Source: Octopus vulgaris
Taxonomy: Eukaryota
Reading direction: 5' to 3'
Length of the DNA: 64,000 nucleotides
Assembly (NCBI GenBank): GCA_951406725.2
Contig: OX597818.1
Location: forward strand, 48,794,001-48,858,000
Shown here: positions 51,335 to 64,000 of the stretch, one piece after another
Layout: every line of letters begins with the position of its first letter
Numbering within the stretch: the stretch's first letter is position 1
Notes under the pieces: generated by a model
Database searches by the model: none
Seen by the model: the letters and a program-made list of their open reading frames with translations, nothing else
What the model was told of the DNA's origin: nothing
Program-made: the position numbers and the translations under genes

Positions 51335-51567
51335 TATTTCTTTACTACCCACAAGGGGCTAAACACAGAGGGGACAAACAAGGACAGACAAACGGATTAA
51401 GTCGATTATATCGACCCCAGTGCGTAACTGGTACTTATTTAATCGACCCCGAAAGCATGAAAGGCAAAGTCGACCTCGGTGGAATTTGAACTCAGAACGT
51501 ACCGGCAGACAAAATACCGCTAAGCATCTCGCCCGGCATGCTAACGTTTCTGCCAACTAGCCGCCTC
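51335..51567 (-). mobile_element. SINE family C
   Basis: Consensus match; TSD-like cctggcatgaa on both sides. Confidence 0.78.
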
Positions 51568-52195
51568 CTGGCATGAAAGTATCTTTAAGATAGTGTTACT
51601 GGAGTTGACAGAAGCCATAGAATGCTAAACTAAATGCCTTGAACTATTTTGATATAACCCTCGATATTTGAAGATCTAATCTTGCCAGTGTCAGCTGTGT
51701 TTTCCATTCTTTCTTTAGGATTCTTAATCTTTTTAACCCTATGGCACACTGGAGATAAAAAAAATCACAAGTGTGCTTTGCATGGAAAGTTTGAAGAAGA
51801 AAAGAATGAGATAAACCCTCCCCAAAGCTGTTGCTTGTTTTATTAATAATAATAATAATAATAATAATAATGAAACTATTGTATACAGTGCTCAGGTGCA
51901 CCACAACTTGTCAAAAGTGCGTATAAAGCATATGCAGTAATGTACATGTTTGTGTATAAGAAAATTATGAATAGCAGGTTTTTCATGAGACTTAAGCATT
52001 AGCATGGTTCTTCTAAAAGGCTTTCAATAATATTTTTAAAAAGTTCATGGCATCCTGAAATGTTCCCTCATCACTGTTTGAGAAATACTTTAATAATAAT
52101 ACTTCAGGTCTTTATTTTCACTGAAATTGAACAAGTCCTGTTGTAAGTTTCTTTTAATTTACAACTAAAGCGACAAGACCTTGAAAAAGTTCTTG

Positions 52196-52582
52196 GTGGC
52201 TGTGTGGTAAGTAGCTTGCTTACCAACCACATGGTTCCGGGTTCAGTCCCACTGCGTGGCACCTTGGGCAAGTGTCTTCTGCTATAGCCTCGGGCTGACC
52301 AAAACCTTGTGAGTGGATTTGGTATACAGAAACTGAAAGAAGCCCATCGTATATATATTTATATATATATGTGTGTTTGTGTCTGTGTTTTTGTCCCCCC
52401 ACCCAACATCGCTTGACAACTGATGCTGGTGTGTTTATGTCCCTGTAACTTAGCAGTTTGGCAAAAGAGAACGATAGAATAAGTACTAGGCTTACAAAAA
52501 AATAAGTCCTGGGGTCGATTTCCTCGGCTAAAGACGGTGCTTCAGCATGGCCGCAGTCAGATGATTGAAACAAGTAAAAGAG
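52196..52582 (+). mobile_element. SINE family B
   Basis: Consensus match. Confidence 0.8.
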
Positions 52583-52945
52583 GAGAAGGATAAATATCTG
52601 AAATCGTTTTTCTTTTCAAGCCAACTGTCGCTTGAATTTATCAAACTTCTGATCCACAGAATATTGAACTTCCAAGAACATTACAATATGTTGTCACACC
52701 TAGTTTTCTCCCCTTGATTATATTTATTTCGACTTGAATGTTATCGATTGCTTTTTTTCCTAATGTCACTATGGTCTTTGCAAATTAATTAAGTCTTTTT
52801 AAAAAAGAAGAAATTTATGTAGCGCACGTGAACTGTATTCCTACAACTGTATTCCTCTAAAAATTTTCTTTCGCTTCGGTCGACCGGGATCTAAGCCCAG
52901 GTTAATTAGCTAGATCCTTCTCGAGTTCTACCGAGGTATGCGAAT

Positions 52946-53350
52946 ACCTATTTCTTTACTGCCCACAAGGGGCTAAACACAGATAGGACAGACAAACGGA
53001 TTAAGTCAATTATATCGACCCCAGTGCGTAACTGGTACTTAATTTATCGACCCCGAAAGGATGAAAGGCAAAGTCGACCTCGGCGGAATTTGAACTCAGA
53101 ACGTAACGGCAGACGAAATACGTTTCTTTATTACTCACAAGGGGCTAAACATAGAGGGGACAAACAAGGACAGACACACGGATTAAGTAGATTACATCGA
53201 CCCCAGTGCGTAACTGGTACTTAATTTATTGACTCCGAAAGGATGACAGGCAAAGTCGACCTCGGCGGAATTTTAACTCAGAACGTAGCGGCAGACGAAA
53301 TACGGCTACGCATTTCGCCCGTGCTAACGTTTCTGCCAGCTCGCCGCCTT
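52946..53350 (-). mobile_element. SINE family C, internally duplicated
   Basis: Two bodies; TSD-like aggtatgcgaatacc / aggtatgcgtatacc. Confidence 0.78.
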
Positions 53351-53639
53351 GCAGGTATGCGTATACCGATAAGGCTAGGTTTGAAAATCGAATCGTTTCT
53401 CGAATTAGTCCTGGTTTATTTCCCAACATAGCGCAATACTACATATTATAGTTTCTTTGAATCGTGATATTTAGCTTACATGGTGGTGGACAGATATAGA
53501 AAATTTGTCAAATCTAAAGAAACCCGGGAAAGAGCTGGTCTGAGGATATCGAATCAACAAAGGGAAGCAATGAAAAAGCCCGGGGAAACTGGAAGTAAAA
53601 AAAAAAAAAACGATGCCATCCTCTATGAATCACGATAGA

Positions 53640-55745
53640 CTACAAATTACTGTTTTTAAATACCTGCAGTTTACCCAACAAGGTCCACTTCTTTTATTCT
53701 TACGTTAAAAATTACGGGATCTCGCATGCCTGGCTACAACTTGTTTCTCAAAAGCTACTTTCATTGCCAATGAGCTACTTTCATTGCCATGGTGTGATGG
53801 TCCTCTGTCTGCTCAAGCATTTCAGGCAGTTGTGTGTGGAGATTAGAAGCGGTCGCAACAAGAGGTATTTCTTTGTGACATTCGGGTAAGCACATGAACG
53901 CTTGTACTTGGCGCTATTTACTCTACCCTAAGCTTCTCATCGAGACACAGCTTTATCTAGTAAAATAGCCTGAGAGCTGCTTCTAGGAAAATAGTCACCT
54001 ATGTTTTAATCAATGGTGATTTCAATTATCTAATGATAGGGAAATTTTTCACTGGCCACAAAATTGCGTATGATTTCTTTGATTTTAGTACTGGATTTAA
54101 ATCCCTACAAGAGACAACGGCACTTTGAATCTGCTATTTACAACTACCTCTTAGACTGCTATCGGTGTTACAACTGAGGTACCTTTAGGCAACTCTGATT
54201 ACACTGTGATCATTGCCAATTTGTCTTTTTTGTTTTTAGCTGAGAGAAAAGCTTTCACAGCCACCAACCTGCTTACTTTGACTGGAACTCTTATAGTACG
54301 GAGTTACAGCAGACAAACTGGCTTGCTTTCAATGTCATTACCAGTGGCGGCTCGTAGATAAAATTACTTGGGGAGCTGCTTCAGAAAATTTTCAGCCGTT
54401 GTTTAATATTGTGTAAAAGGAAATAAACATATAAAAAGACTATTTATACATAAACTCGATCGATTCACGTTTTAGCCACTGCCGGGTAGTGTGTTTAATT
54501 TGTTCACTGAACACCGCTGCGAATCCCCCATTGTTTTTTAAAAATACCCGTTAAATCACAAAATGAGGCGGGGGGGGGCTGCCCTATTTTTCAAATTCTG
54601 GCAGCAACATTGAAGCTGGAAGCAGGATAATAATCTAATTCTACACTTTATCACATTTAAGAATATAAACATTTTAAAGCACAACACGGAGTCAAAAAGA
54701 AACTACCTTTCACTGGCACTGCATGAACGACAGTACTCTCTCTCTCTCTCTCTCCCTAGCGTGAAGCTTCCTATCTCGGACATGTGAAGATGCGCACAAC
54801 AGCTAAACACCGCGTCGCTGGAACTGTAAAGTGCACAGTTCTATACAAGGATTTTTGTGTGTTTTTTCATAAACTAGGGGATGGCTACTGACATTTAGCT
54901 TAAGGATTATATAACGTACAAGTATAAAGAAAGAATTAAAGAAAAAAAGACTCATTATATTGAATGTTATTGACAATATCGAGTGGAAACAGGGAGTGTG
55001 CAGTTCCGCAGTGCCTATACACGAGCTGTCACTGGTCATTACTATCCTTCAGCATTTGCTCAATTCAATCTGGATCGTACAAAACATCAGCATTACGTAA
55101 ACGCATTAGATACCAAAAGCGCAATTTGGGAGACTGAATCAATTTGCTTTGTCAAATGAGAACGAGATGCTGAGCGTTAATACAAACTACATTGAGCAGA
55201 GGATAGTAGAAAGGGCAAAGGAGCATCAAACCATTATGAAGTAGGTGACTAAAAAGCAGTACTTAATTAGAACAACGAATCGGAACCAACCCGAAAAATG
55301 CGAAAGTGTTCTGGAAACACGTGCGTTCGAAACAGAGGTCTAACTTTGCACTCGGCCTTTTCTGAAATCCCCATTCAGATCAAATTACTGGTGATCTCAA
55401 ATAGTGTGTAGAACTTATTGCTGAATGCTATGCTGGCACTTTTACTGTTGAAAATACCAACGGATTATCTTTACCGTTCCTGATAACAAATTCCAAACAT
55501 ATATATATGTGTGTGTGTGTGTCTGTGTTTGTTCCCCCAGCATCGCTTGATAACCGAAGTTGGTGTGTTTGCGTCCCCGAAAATTTAGCGGTTCAGCATA
55601 AAAAAATACTGATAGAGCATTTTTTCGACTAAAACCCTTGAAAGCGATGTTCCAGCATGGCCGCAGTCAAATGACTGAAACAAGTAAAAGAATATCTGGG
55701 TCAATCTAACTAGCTGTATTGTCCCATTGATAGAGTCCTGTGTTA

Positions 55746-55799
<54 letters not shown>

Positions 55800-56750
55800 C
55801 TGGAACTTTAATAACCTTATTCAATCCTAACAATTTAGGTTTATCCCTAACTCAAACTACTGTGGCCAATACGTCAAATTTCTTGAAGACATCACTTGAA
55901 TCACGGATAGCGACTCTTGAGTGGAAGCTATTTATCTTGACTTACTCACCACTGAAACTCTCTGCAATATGTGTAAGGGCTAACCTTTGTAGTTGGTTGA
56001 AGTCCTTCATTCACAGTCGAGAACATTCTGCACTCTGCGCGGTGATATCAGGATTTTCGCTCTGATCTTTTCTTGGTTTCCTGTTGTTTGTTGCATATGT
56101 TAACGAAATAGACGCCAATTTGAAGCATGTTACTACGTTAGAAAGCCCAGACGACTTTAAGCAGTACTTCGAGAGAGAGAGAGAGAAAAAAAACGGATCC
56201 TATACGCTCGCTATAGATCTTTCCCGCAATCTAAGTTGAGCACAATGCAGCAATGAATTGCTAACTAACAATTCAAGCTGGCTGTAGACCTGTGCACCCT
56301 TATACATTTTGGTGGGAAACCTTATAATTCACCTCTCCCTCCACAACACCGACCTTATGAAATCTGTGTTGAATATGACCTTGACAGTATTGTCAATAAT
56401 GTTCTGCATTGAACAAACTACATTTCCAAAATCGTCAGAAGGGCCGAAGGTGTCTTTGCATCACTCAATAAGACCTTCGTCAAATGGCCACTGGCTATTT
56501 ATTTAACCTTTTTAGAATTCAATACCTCTATTACTCGTGGACAGGCGTATAAAATCAAAGCTCAGCACAACACCCTTGACTTTTGGAAACCCGTTTTCAT
56601 TCTCAGTATTGCCGAATCATAGAATAAACTACCCACATCGGTTATTAGCTGTCAGGATATTGTATCTTTGAAAAATTCACCAATATTATTTTGAAGTACT
56701 AATTCCAGTTTATGGCCTTTTCACTGTCCATATTTCTGCTTTTTTACGTT
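53640..56750 (+). mobile_element. Possible very old, interrupted LINE (APE and RT traces)
   Basis: GDFNY (about 54015) and LGNSD (about 54186) APE-like motifs; LGFLLFVAYVNE RT-like motif (about 56072); heavily degenerate. Confidence 0.35.
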
Positions 56751-58794
56751 TTATCCCATCTTCTTTGCACTTTTGCCGTTCATTGCTTTCTACACTTGAC
56801 TTACTACTGCTTTCTGTCCCATTTTACCTTTTCCGATTAGTTGTAGCGCACCTGTGCAATTTATATAATGTTTCATAATTATTATATCAAACATATGTGG
56901 CAAACTGATCTGCTCTAATAAATGTATGCCGTATATTATAATCCGAAAGGCATATTAGACAACAACCTAATGTTAATTCAACCTTCCTCCCTTGAGTTTT
57001 CAATTCATGATGGGGGTCTTAGAGAGACCGTAATGACACACCGTTTCCCCCATCTGCATCAGTCCCCGAGCCATCGCTAATTATTTCACTGTTCATTTAT
57101 TGATGTTGATCGTCCATCTTCTCTTCCCCCACTACAGTTCCTTGAAGAACAGGCCTCTGCAAAGCCATTGGATCTTCTTACATGGCACATGGCCATATAG
57201 TCTCAGCTTATTTTCATATCCGTTGTGAGAAAGTCTTCGTGGGTTCAGTGTAGTTCAGGATGGTTTCACAGACTTGTTCATTTATGACATGGTCCAAATA
57301 GATGATAATCCATGTTTGTAAATGAAAAATTGGAACCTACAGCATGTCAAATATTTGAGTTCATGGAAGCATATCAATCTTGATTCATATTTTTGTAAAC
57401 AAAATACATATTGGACGACGAATCTTTTAATTTCAAAATTTTTTGGGGAAAAAAATTCCATTTATTTATTTTAAGGGGAGAAAGAATAAATCCTTTCTAT
57501 TTATGAAGAAACAGCATTATATATATATTATACATCATTGCAGTACTTCTTTTGCTTAAAATATAAACCATATCTATAGAATCAAGTTAGTTTTGCGACA
57601 GATTTTCTGTTTACATAAAATCAATTGTATTAGAGAAAGCGTGAAAGGGAAAGAAAGAACTGCAGGGTTATATATATCGCTACTAAGTCGCGTTTGGCTC
57701 ATTCTTCTTCAGAGAAACTGTTCAGCATAGTGGAAGACAAATAGAAATAGAAAAATCTTTGGACGATATCTCTGACTGAATGGACGACAAAGAAGCTTAG
57801 ATTCTTTTTATTGGCAAAATGCAATGTAGAGACGCTTTTAATCACACACATTAAGGATTATATATCGACGACAGAATTACCAAAAGAAGAAAGAAACATT
57901 TCGTTTTTTTCTTTTTTGCTTCAAATGAAAGTTTTAAGCATACTATAAATTTTATAAATGCTTATTTATTATGTGAAATAAACCAAATATCCCGTTTAAA
58001 AACATTAAAATGGTGGTACAATCATCCCTCGTCAAATTTAACTTCGGTTTGACAAAGATCGATCTCCCCTGTATACGCTGAACTGCTTACTCCTGAACAT
58101 AAGAATAAAATCGATCTCTCCTTCTGTATACACTGAACTTACCTACTTCTGAACAGGAGAAGCATATTTCACTCTTTTCTGGCTTTATTTACATTTATTT
58201 CAACTTCACTACGACAGTCATAAAAAAAATGTTTCCTGAGTGCAAAACCAGAAAATGGAAACACCATTATGTGAACAAGGCCGGGTAGAATATTAGAAGA
58301 AAGATCTATTAATATACTTTGGTGTCTTTTTCAGTTTAGGCGAAAGGAAGGTCTTTTTTTTCTTTCATATATCGATTAGGTTTCTTTGTTACTTACATAC
58401 AAACACACACACATATATAATAATAACTATCAAATCTATAATTGAGAGTGGTGTTAATTTTCAATTCATTTTTGTGGTAATAAAGAGACGTGTTTTGCAT
58501 GTGTATTTATTTATACATATGCTAAATATTCAGGAGTCTTATGAAATGCCTTTAATCTGAACCCTTCCTCGCTGCTAAATAAGTAGACACTTCAAATTGT
58601 AAACAGCTGATTGCATTTCTTTTTGAATATATACATTCATACATATATATATATATATGCATGAATGTATGTATATTTCTGACTTATTTATTTGGCATGA
58701 TTTACTATTTAAACCATCTGTTTTGTTGACAATCTCGCAATAACTTGCTCTGCTCGTAGGTACGATCCCACGCAGCTCTCTCTCTCTTTCTCTT

Positions 58795-59270
58795 TCTCTC
58801 TCCCTTCCCTACCTTTCGCTCTCACTCTGATTCACTCTGTCTCTATCTACACATCTCTCTCTCTCTCCCTTTCCTACCTTTCGCTCTCACTGACTCACTC
58901 AGTCTCTATCTACACATCTCCCTCTCTCACTTTCTTTCTCCCTTCCCTACCTTTTGCTCTCACTCTGATTCACTCTGTCTCTATCTACACATCTCCCTCT
59001 CTACTCTCTCTTTCTCTCTCCCTTCCCTACCTTTCGCTCTCACTCTGTCTCTATCTACACATCTCACTCTTACTCTTTCTCCCTTCCCTACCTTTCGCTC
59101 TCACTCTGTCTCTATCTACACATCTCTCTCCCTTCCCTACCTTTTGCTCTCACTGACTCACTCTGTCTCTATCTACACGTCTCTTTCTCTTTCTTTCTCC
59201 CTTCCCTACCTTTCGCTCTCACTCTGACTCACTCTGTCTCTATCTACACACCTCTCCGCTTCTCTCTCTC
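58795..59270. repeat. Pyrimidine-rich minisatellite, about 7 units of 50-73 bp
   Basis: Unit tcccttccctacctttcgctctcactctgattcactctgtctctatctacacatct(ct)n. Confidence 0.9.
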
Positions 59271-60843
59271 TCTTGTCTGGCTAACAACGTTCATGTCTGT
59301 CAAATGCCAGACCAGCAAACCTCAGTAGCACCACACAATAACAAAGGGGGAAATGATTCAAGCATGAAGAAAGACCCGAAAGAGAAGCCCGTGGCTAACA
59401 AAAGGAAGGAAAGCAACAAGGTAATTAAAAACAAAATGTGTTTCATTGTCTTTTTTTATTTACCCTAAACTCATTTTCATTAAATCTGGAAACAAAAGAA
59501 GAAAAAAAAAAACACCTTTACTTGAAAAGCAAAAACAAAAGAAAAGACAGAAATCTTAGTAAATTAAAAACATTTTATTTTGCAATGCGATGAGGAAATA
59601 ATTACAAGAAAAATGTTTCCGGAATCATTCAGTTGCATTTTTCACAAGAAATATCTTGGTATGTTGTTATTTAAACTAAATATTGACAATTTAGTGTATT
59701 TTGGATGTCTAAGATGGGGGAATTTCCAGGGTTTTAATTAATTTTCTCAGAGACATATTTACATTGTTTTCCCGTATTTTCTTCCTTAATCGCTTTAAAG
59801 AAATATAAAATAATCCTTTTAGTGATCGGGATTTTGTGTAATAAGCTGCAGTTGTTTTTGTTTATGAACGTGAAATTATTGAAAATTATCGACGACGACT
59901 ACTAATTTAATTCAATATAATAAAACCTTTAGCTTCGTTGCTCGAAGTAAATATAAACATTTAAAACAAAAATATGACAGTTGCAGCGAGATAAGATCGA
60001 AGGAAGGAACCCGTCTGTTTACTTCTGAGGTTTCGGTAACCTTTGCTAAGATTTGATTTTCAAAAGCTCAAGGAACAAGAATCAGAAAGCACAAAGTGTG
60101 CAGCTGTTTGGTAATATTTATTCTGAACTGATGACTTATATATCAACCTCTATGACGACCGTGTTGGCTGAAAATTCCCTCCTTCCGAATTACAGATGTT
60201 GTACTGGCAGTATTTAATACTTAATTTCCGAAATATTTAGGTTAGAATTAACAAAGAGGCACGAAAATAATATTTGAGCTATGTAAATATTCTCTTTTAT
60301 GTACTAGATGGGTTATTTTATGCCGGAAATGACTAAAACCCCTCCAAAGAATGTCGGAATAAATTTGTATTTGATCCCTCAACGTTGCTTCAGAAATTCA
60401 TTTAGCAAGTCAATAGAAAGTCAAATACATGTTTGGTCCATACTAGGCTGCGTGGTTAACCATATAAATGCGCATTGGTTGTTTATTTTAACAGAAAACT
60501 CAAACATTTCGGCCATTTTAGTAGCTTTAATAACATAAACCCCACCACCAGAAGAAAAAGAAAAAAGAAAACCTGAATAAATATTTCAATTAAATAACTA
60601 AACCTGTTTGAATTTCAAGGGCGGTATCAATAACTCACAAATTTCTATCGTTTTTACTTTATGTCATTGTAACCTTGATTCGATTTGAACTACTTTTTAT
60701 TTTATAAAATTCTTTTTTTGAGAAATGCAGCGTTAAATAATCAGAAATTATATATATTTGTGTGCGTGTATCTTAAAATATGTATGTTGTGTACCTATAC
60801 CTATTCATGTGCCAAAAGTTTGAAATCATTAATATGTTTGTTG

Positions 60844-60844
<1 letters not shown>

Positions 60845-60874
<30 letters not shown>

Positions 60875-61152
60875 TCATTCATTTGACTGTGGCCATGCTG
60901 GAGCACCATATATACATACATACATATATATACATATATATATATATATGTATGTATGTATATATGGTGCTCCAGCATGGCCACAGTCAAATGAATGAAA
61001 CAACTAAAAGAGTATGTGTGTGAATATACATGCATGTATATATGTATATACATATTTATTCATATGTAAATTCATGTATGTATATATATATGGGTGAGTA
61101 TATAAATGTGTAGATATGTGTGGGTACACGCGTATACATATTTGTGTGTGTG

Positions 61153-61195
<43 letters not shown>

Positions 61196-61410
61196 TGCTC
61201 CAGCATGGCCACAGTCAAATGAATGAAACAAGTAAAAGAGTATATGTGTGTATGTGAATATACATGCATGTATATATGTAGACATACATATTTATTCATA
61301 TGTAAATTCACGTATGTATATATATGTTGGTGAGTATATAAATGTGTAGATATGTGTGGGTACACGCGTATACATATTTGTGTGTGTGTGTCTCTCTCTC
61401 TCTATATATA
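60845..61410. repeat. Microsatellite-embedded hairpin plus direct duplication of a SINE B 3' end
   Basis: IR 60871-61002; direct repeat about 60961-61170 / 61191-61390. Confidence 0.8.
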
Positions 61411-62277
61411 TATGGATATGACTATTATTTAATCTCTGCTCTCCATACTAGCATGGTTTGGCTGGTTTTACAGGAACTGACAATTAAGAACACGTTGTAC
61501 TCCAGCGTTTGTTTTGGCGTTGTTTCTACACCTGGATACCTTTCCTAACACCAACCACTTTACAGAGAGTACTGGCTGTTTTTTCTTATTGCACCCATTA
61601 CTTGGGAGGTCACCTTGCAAGCTGCAAAATTAATGGGCGTAGTGGAATGGGGGTCCTCATAATTGAAGGAGAATGGGAGAGAGGGGTTGTGTGAGGTTTT
61701 TAGGGAAGATGATGAGAGGAACAGATTTATTGTTGAGAAAGTATGGTTGTGGTGAGAGTAAGAGTAGACATTATTGGGGAAGAGAGTATGGCAGGTAGAG
61801 GGAGAGGTAAGTGGTTAGTGAGAAAGGAAGGGACAAAGTGGTAAGGATTGGTGCAATGGATTGTGTAGATAGGTTTTGTGGGGTCAATGAAAGAGAAAAA
61901 GAAAATTTAGGATGGTGAGGATCTAGAGAGCCATTGAAGGTAACAGAGATGTTGGGATCATAGAGGGTAAGCAAGAGAAGGAGAGATGAGAGTGTATTGA
62001 GGCAGGATAGATGTTGGGAGGAGGGGACAGTGAAAAGAAAAGAGGTGAGAGGCAGTAGAGGATAACAGTGAGCAAGCAAGCAAGCTTCACAGGTGGTGAG
62101 AGACATGGCTGATAAGGTCATGACCGAAGTAATTTGGGTGTGGGTGGAGGATAGAAAGTGGACAAAGGGAGACTGACCAGGGTTGATCAAAACAAGTCTT
62201 TTGCATAGGCCTAGTGAAGAAGGAGGGAAGTAGAGTGATGGGTTGTGTGTGTGTATATATATTATAGCTATTTATAT

Positions 62278-62312
<35 letters not shown>

Positions 62313-62331
62313 TTATATATATATATATATA

Positions 62332-62690
62332 AACTCTGTCTGTTTTTTTATGTTTTATATATATTCTTTATAATATTAATGTAGAATATAGAATATATAG
62401 TAAAATGAAATGAAGTATTGATTGTCTTAAGGTCCCAAGTTGTGACAGGAGTGTTTCAACCATATATATATATATAGAACCACTCCTGTCACAACTTGGG
62501 ACCTTAAGACAATCAATACTTCATTTCATTTTACTATATATTCTATATTCTACATTAATATTATAAAGAATATACATAAAACATAAAAAACAGACAGAGT
62601 TGGAATTCCTTTGAATAACATATATCCCTCTATACACAATCATACAAACTCTTTTGTATGATTGAGTCCAACATAGGTCATATATTAGCA
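62332..62690. mobile_element. Palindromic element (arms about 125 bp, (TA)n spacer) with unpaired tail
   Basis: aactctgtctgttttt..aggagtg / cactcct..aaaaacagacagagtt. Confidence 0.8.
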
Positions 62691-62901
62691 TGCATATATA
62701 TATAAAAAATTAGCAGAATGAGATAAAAAAAAATCCAAACGGTTCAAAGTCTCCCTTGACCACAAGTGGCCTGAACTCTTTACATGAACACCACCCTGTA
62801 CATAACTCCATGTCCCCCTACATGGCCTTGCTTTTTTGCTTTTTGAGCCCAAAAATTAACTAACTAACTAACTAACATTTCAGAACATTTATAAAGAGAA
62901 G

Positions 62902-62948
62902 GTCTTACAGCTGTTTTGGGATATTTTATATATCCCTTCATCAGAGAC
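62902..62948 (-). ncRNA. Minimal hammerhead ribozyme motif
   Basis: Minus strand gtct CTGATGA a gggatat ataaa atatccc aAAA CAGCTG TA agac; stem I gtct/agac; G12 mutated. Confidence 0.6.
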
Positions 62949-63181
62949 GGTGCAAGAAAATGGTTAAGCCATAGTTATTACAGAGAAGATATGTTTCCTG
63001 TACCTTGTGTGTGGAACTCACACACAAGGTACAGGAAACTTATGTATATACCATTCTGCTTAAATAATGGAACTGCAGATACAATATCCTTACTTATCTC
63101 ACGTCTGTTTTCATTCCTCCACTTCACTCTGTATTTCATATTTTCTCTGTAATAACTATTGTTTAACCATTTTCTCGCACT

Positions 63182-63229
63182 GTTTCTGATGAAGGGATAT
63201 CTAAAATATCCTGGAAACACCTGTAAGAC
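63182..63229 (+). ncRNA. Minimal hammerhead ribozyme motif
   Basis: gttt CTGATGA a gggatat ctaaa atatcct g GAAA cacctg TA agac. Confidence 0.65.
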
Positions 63230-63332
63230 CTTCTCTTTATAAAGGTTCCGAAAATCTTTCGCAGCCTTGGATTTCTTATCTCATTCTATTAATTTTATAT
63301 ATACATACATATTTATATATATATATATATAT

Positions 63333-63953
63333 AAGTTAGGGGTTGTGGATCCAACCCACTAAGGGATAATACTTATCCAATATACTTTTGGTATAATACC
63401 CAAATTATTAATACAAAAGTGTTTTTAATTTCAATGCAATAAACTTACTTATTGTATTAAATGGGTGAAGGTAAAGAAATATTTTACCATTAATTTATAT
63501 TACAGATAAGAAAATGGAGAAACACATTAGTTGGTTCATCAGCTTTAGGATATTAGAATGTTGCCTTATTTAATTAACAAAACTACAACCATAATAACAT
63601 ACATATATACAGTATAAAATTCAATGCATATAAGATAAGAATACAAGTAGTTATTAAAAAAAACATTAATATAAATTATTAAAATCTTTAAAATCACAGC
63701 TGTTTCAGTCTATGGAAAAAAGTAACTTGTTGTGCCTTTCCATAGGCCGAAACAGCTGTAAGTAATTTTAATAATTCATATTAATGTTTTTTTGATAACT
63801 ACTTGTATTCTTATCTTATATGCATTGAATTTTATACCATTTTATATGTATGTTATATTGGTTGTCGTTTTGATAAATAAATAAGTCAACATTCTAATAT
63901 CTTAAAGCTGATAAACTAACTAATGTGTTTCTCCATTTTCTTATTTGTAATAT
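63333..63953. mobile_element. Palindromic PLE-like element folded at a hammerhead stem II, with unpaired tail
   Basis: Arms about 63497-63718 / 63737-63953; GAAACAGCTGT present on both strands next to the centre. Confidence 0.75.
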
Positions 63954-64000
63954 ATATATATATATATAAGAGAACAAGATGTACGTTACGCCGCAATAAT

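Larger units (their letters stand above)
62699..63302. mobile_element. Palindromic PLE-like element with a hammerhead in each arm
   Basis: Arms pair 62878-62993 with 63137-63253; outer arms about 62699-62735 / 63268-63302; inner hairpin 62994-63038. Confidence 0.8.

Noticed and set aside
58795-59270. CRISPR-like repeat/spacer array
   Set aside because: Linkers are low-complexity (CT)n rather than unique spacers; eukaryotic context; no cas genes
63536-63543. Additional CTGATGA on minus strand
   Set aside because: No downstream stem II/GAAA, and the opposite arm reads CTGATAA

Overview
AT-rich, intron- and repeat-rich eukaryotic DNA, most likely an octopus/coleoid cephalopod. This is inferred from the tRNA-derived SINE families, the dense compound microsatellites and the gene sequence. 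The only host protein-coding gene is a mitochondrial-type animal glutamate dehydrogenase (GLUD1-like) on the + strand. Eleven GT-AG exons (5833-41665) splice in frame to about 410 aa ending in TGA; the 5' exons lie upstream of the window. The rest is SINEs (at least 4 families), CR1/RTE/R4-Dong LINE fragments, a Penelope-like (PLE) RT+GIY-YIG remnant, hAT/piggyBac/mariner MITEs, and micro- and minisatellites. The most unusual signal is a set of long palindromic (fold-back) elements carrying minimal hammerhead-ribozyme motifs (CUGANGA-stem II-GAAA-palindromic stem III). One family (4953-5775 and 33964-34444) combines two back-to-back tRNA-like Pol III heads, one hammerhead per arm, a Penelope-like unpaired tail and target-site duplications. 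It is a candidate PLE-mobilised, ribozyme-bearing SINE. One copy has also captured the downstream flank of the other copy 29 kb away. All motif and structure calls were made by eye; no database search or folding was run.
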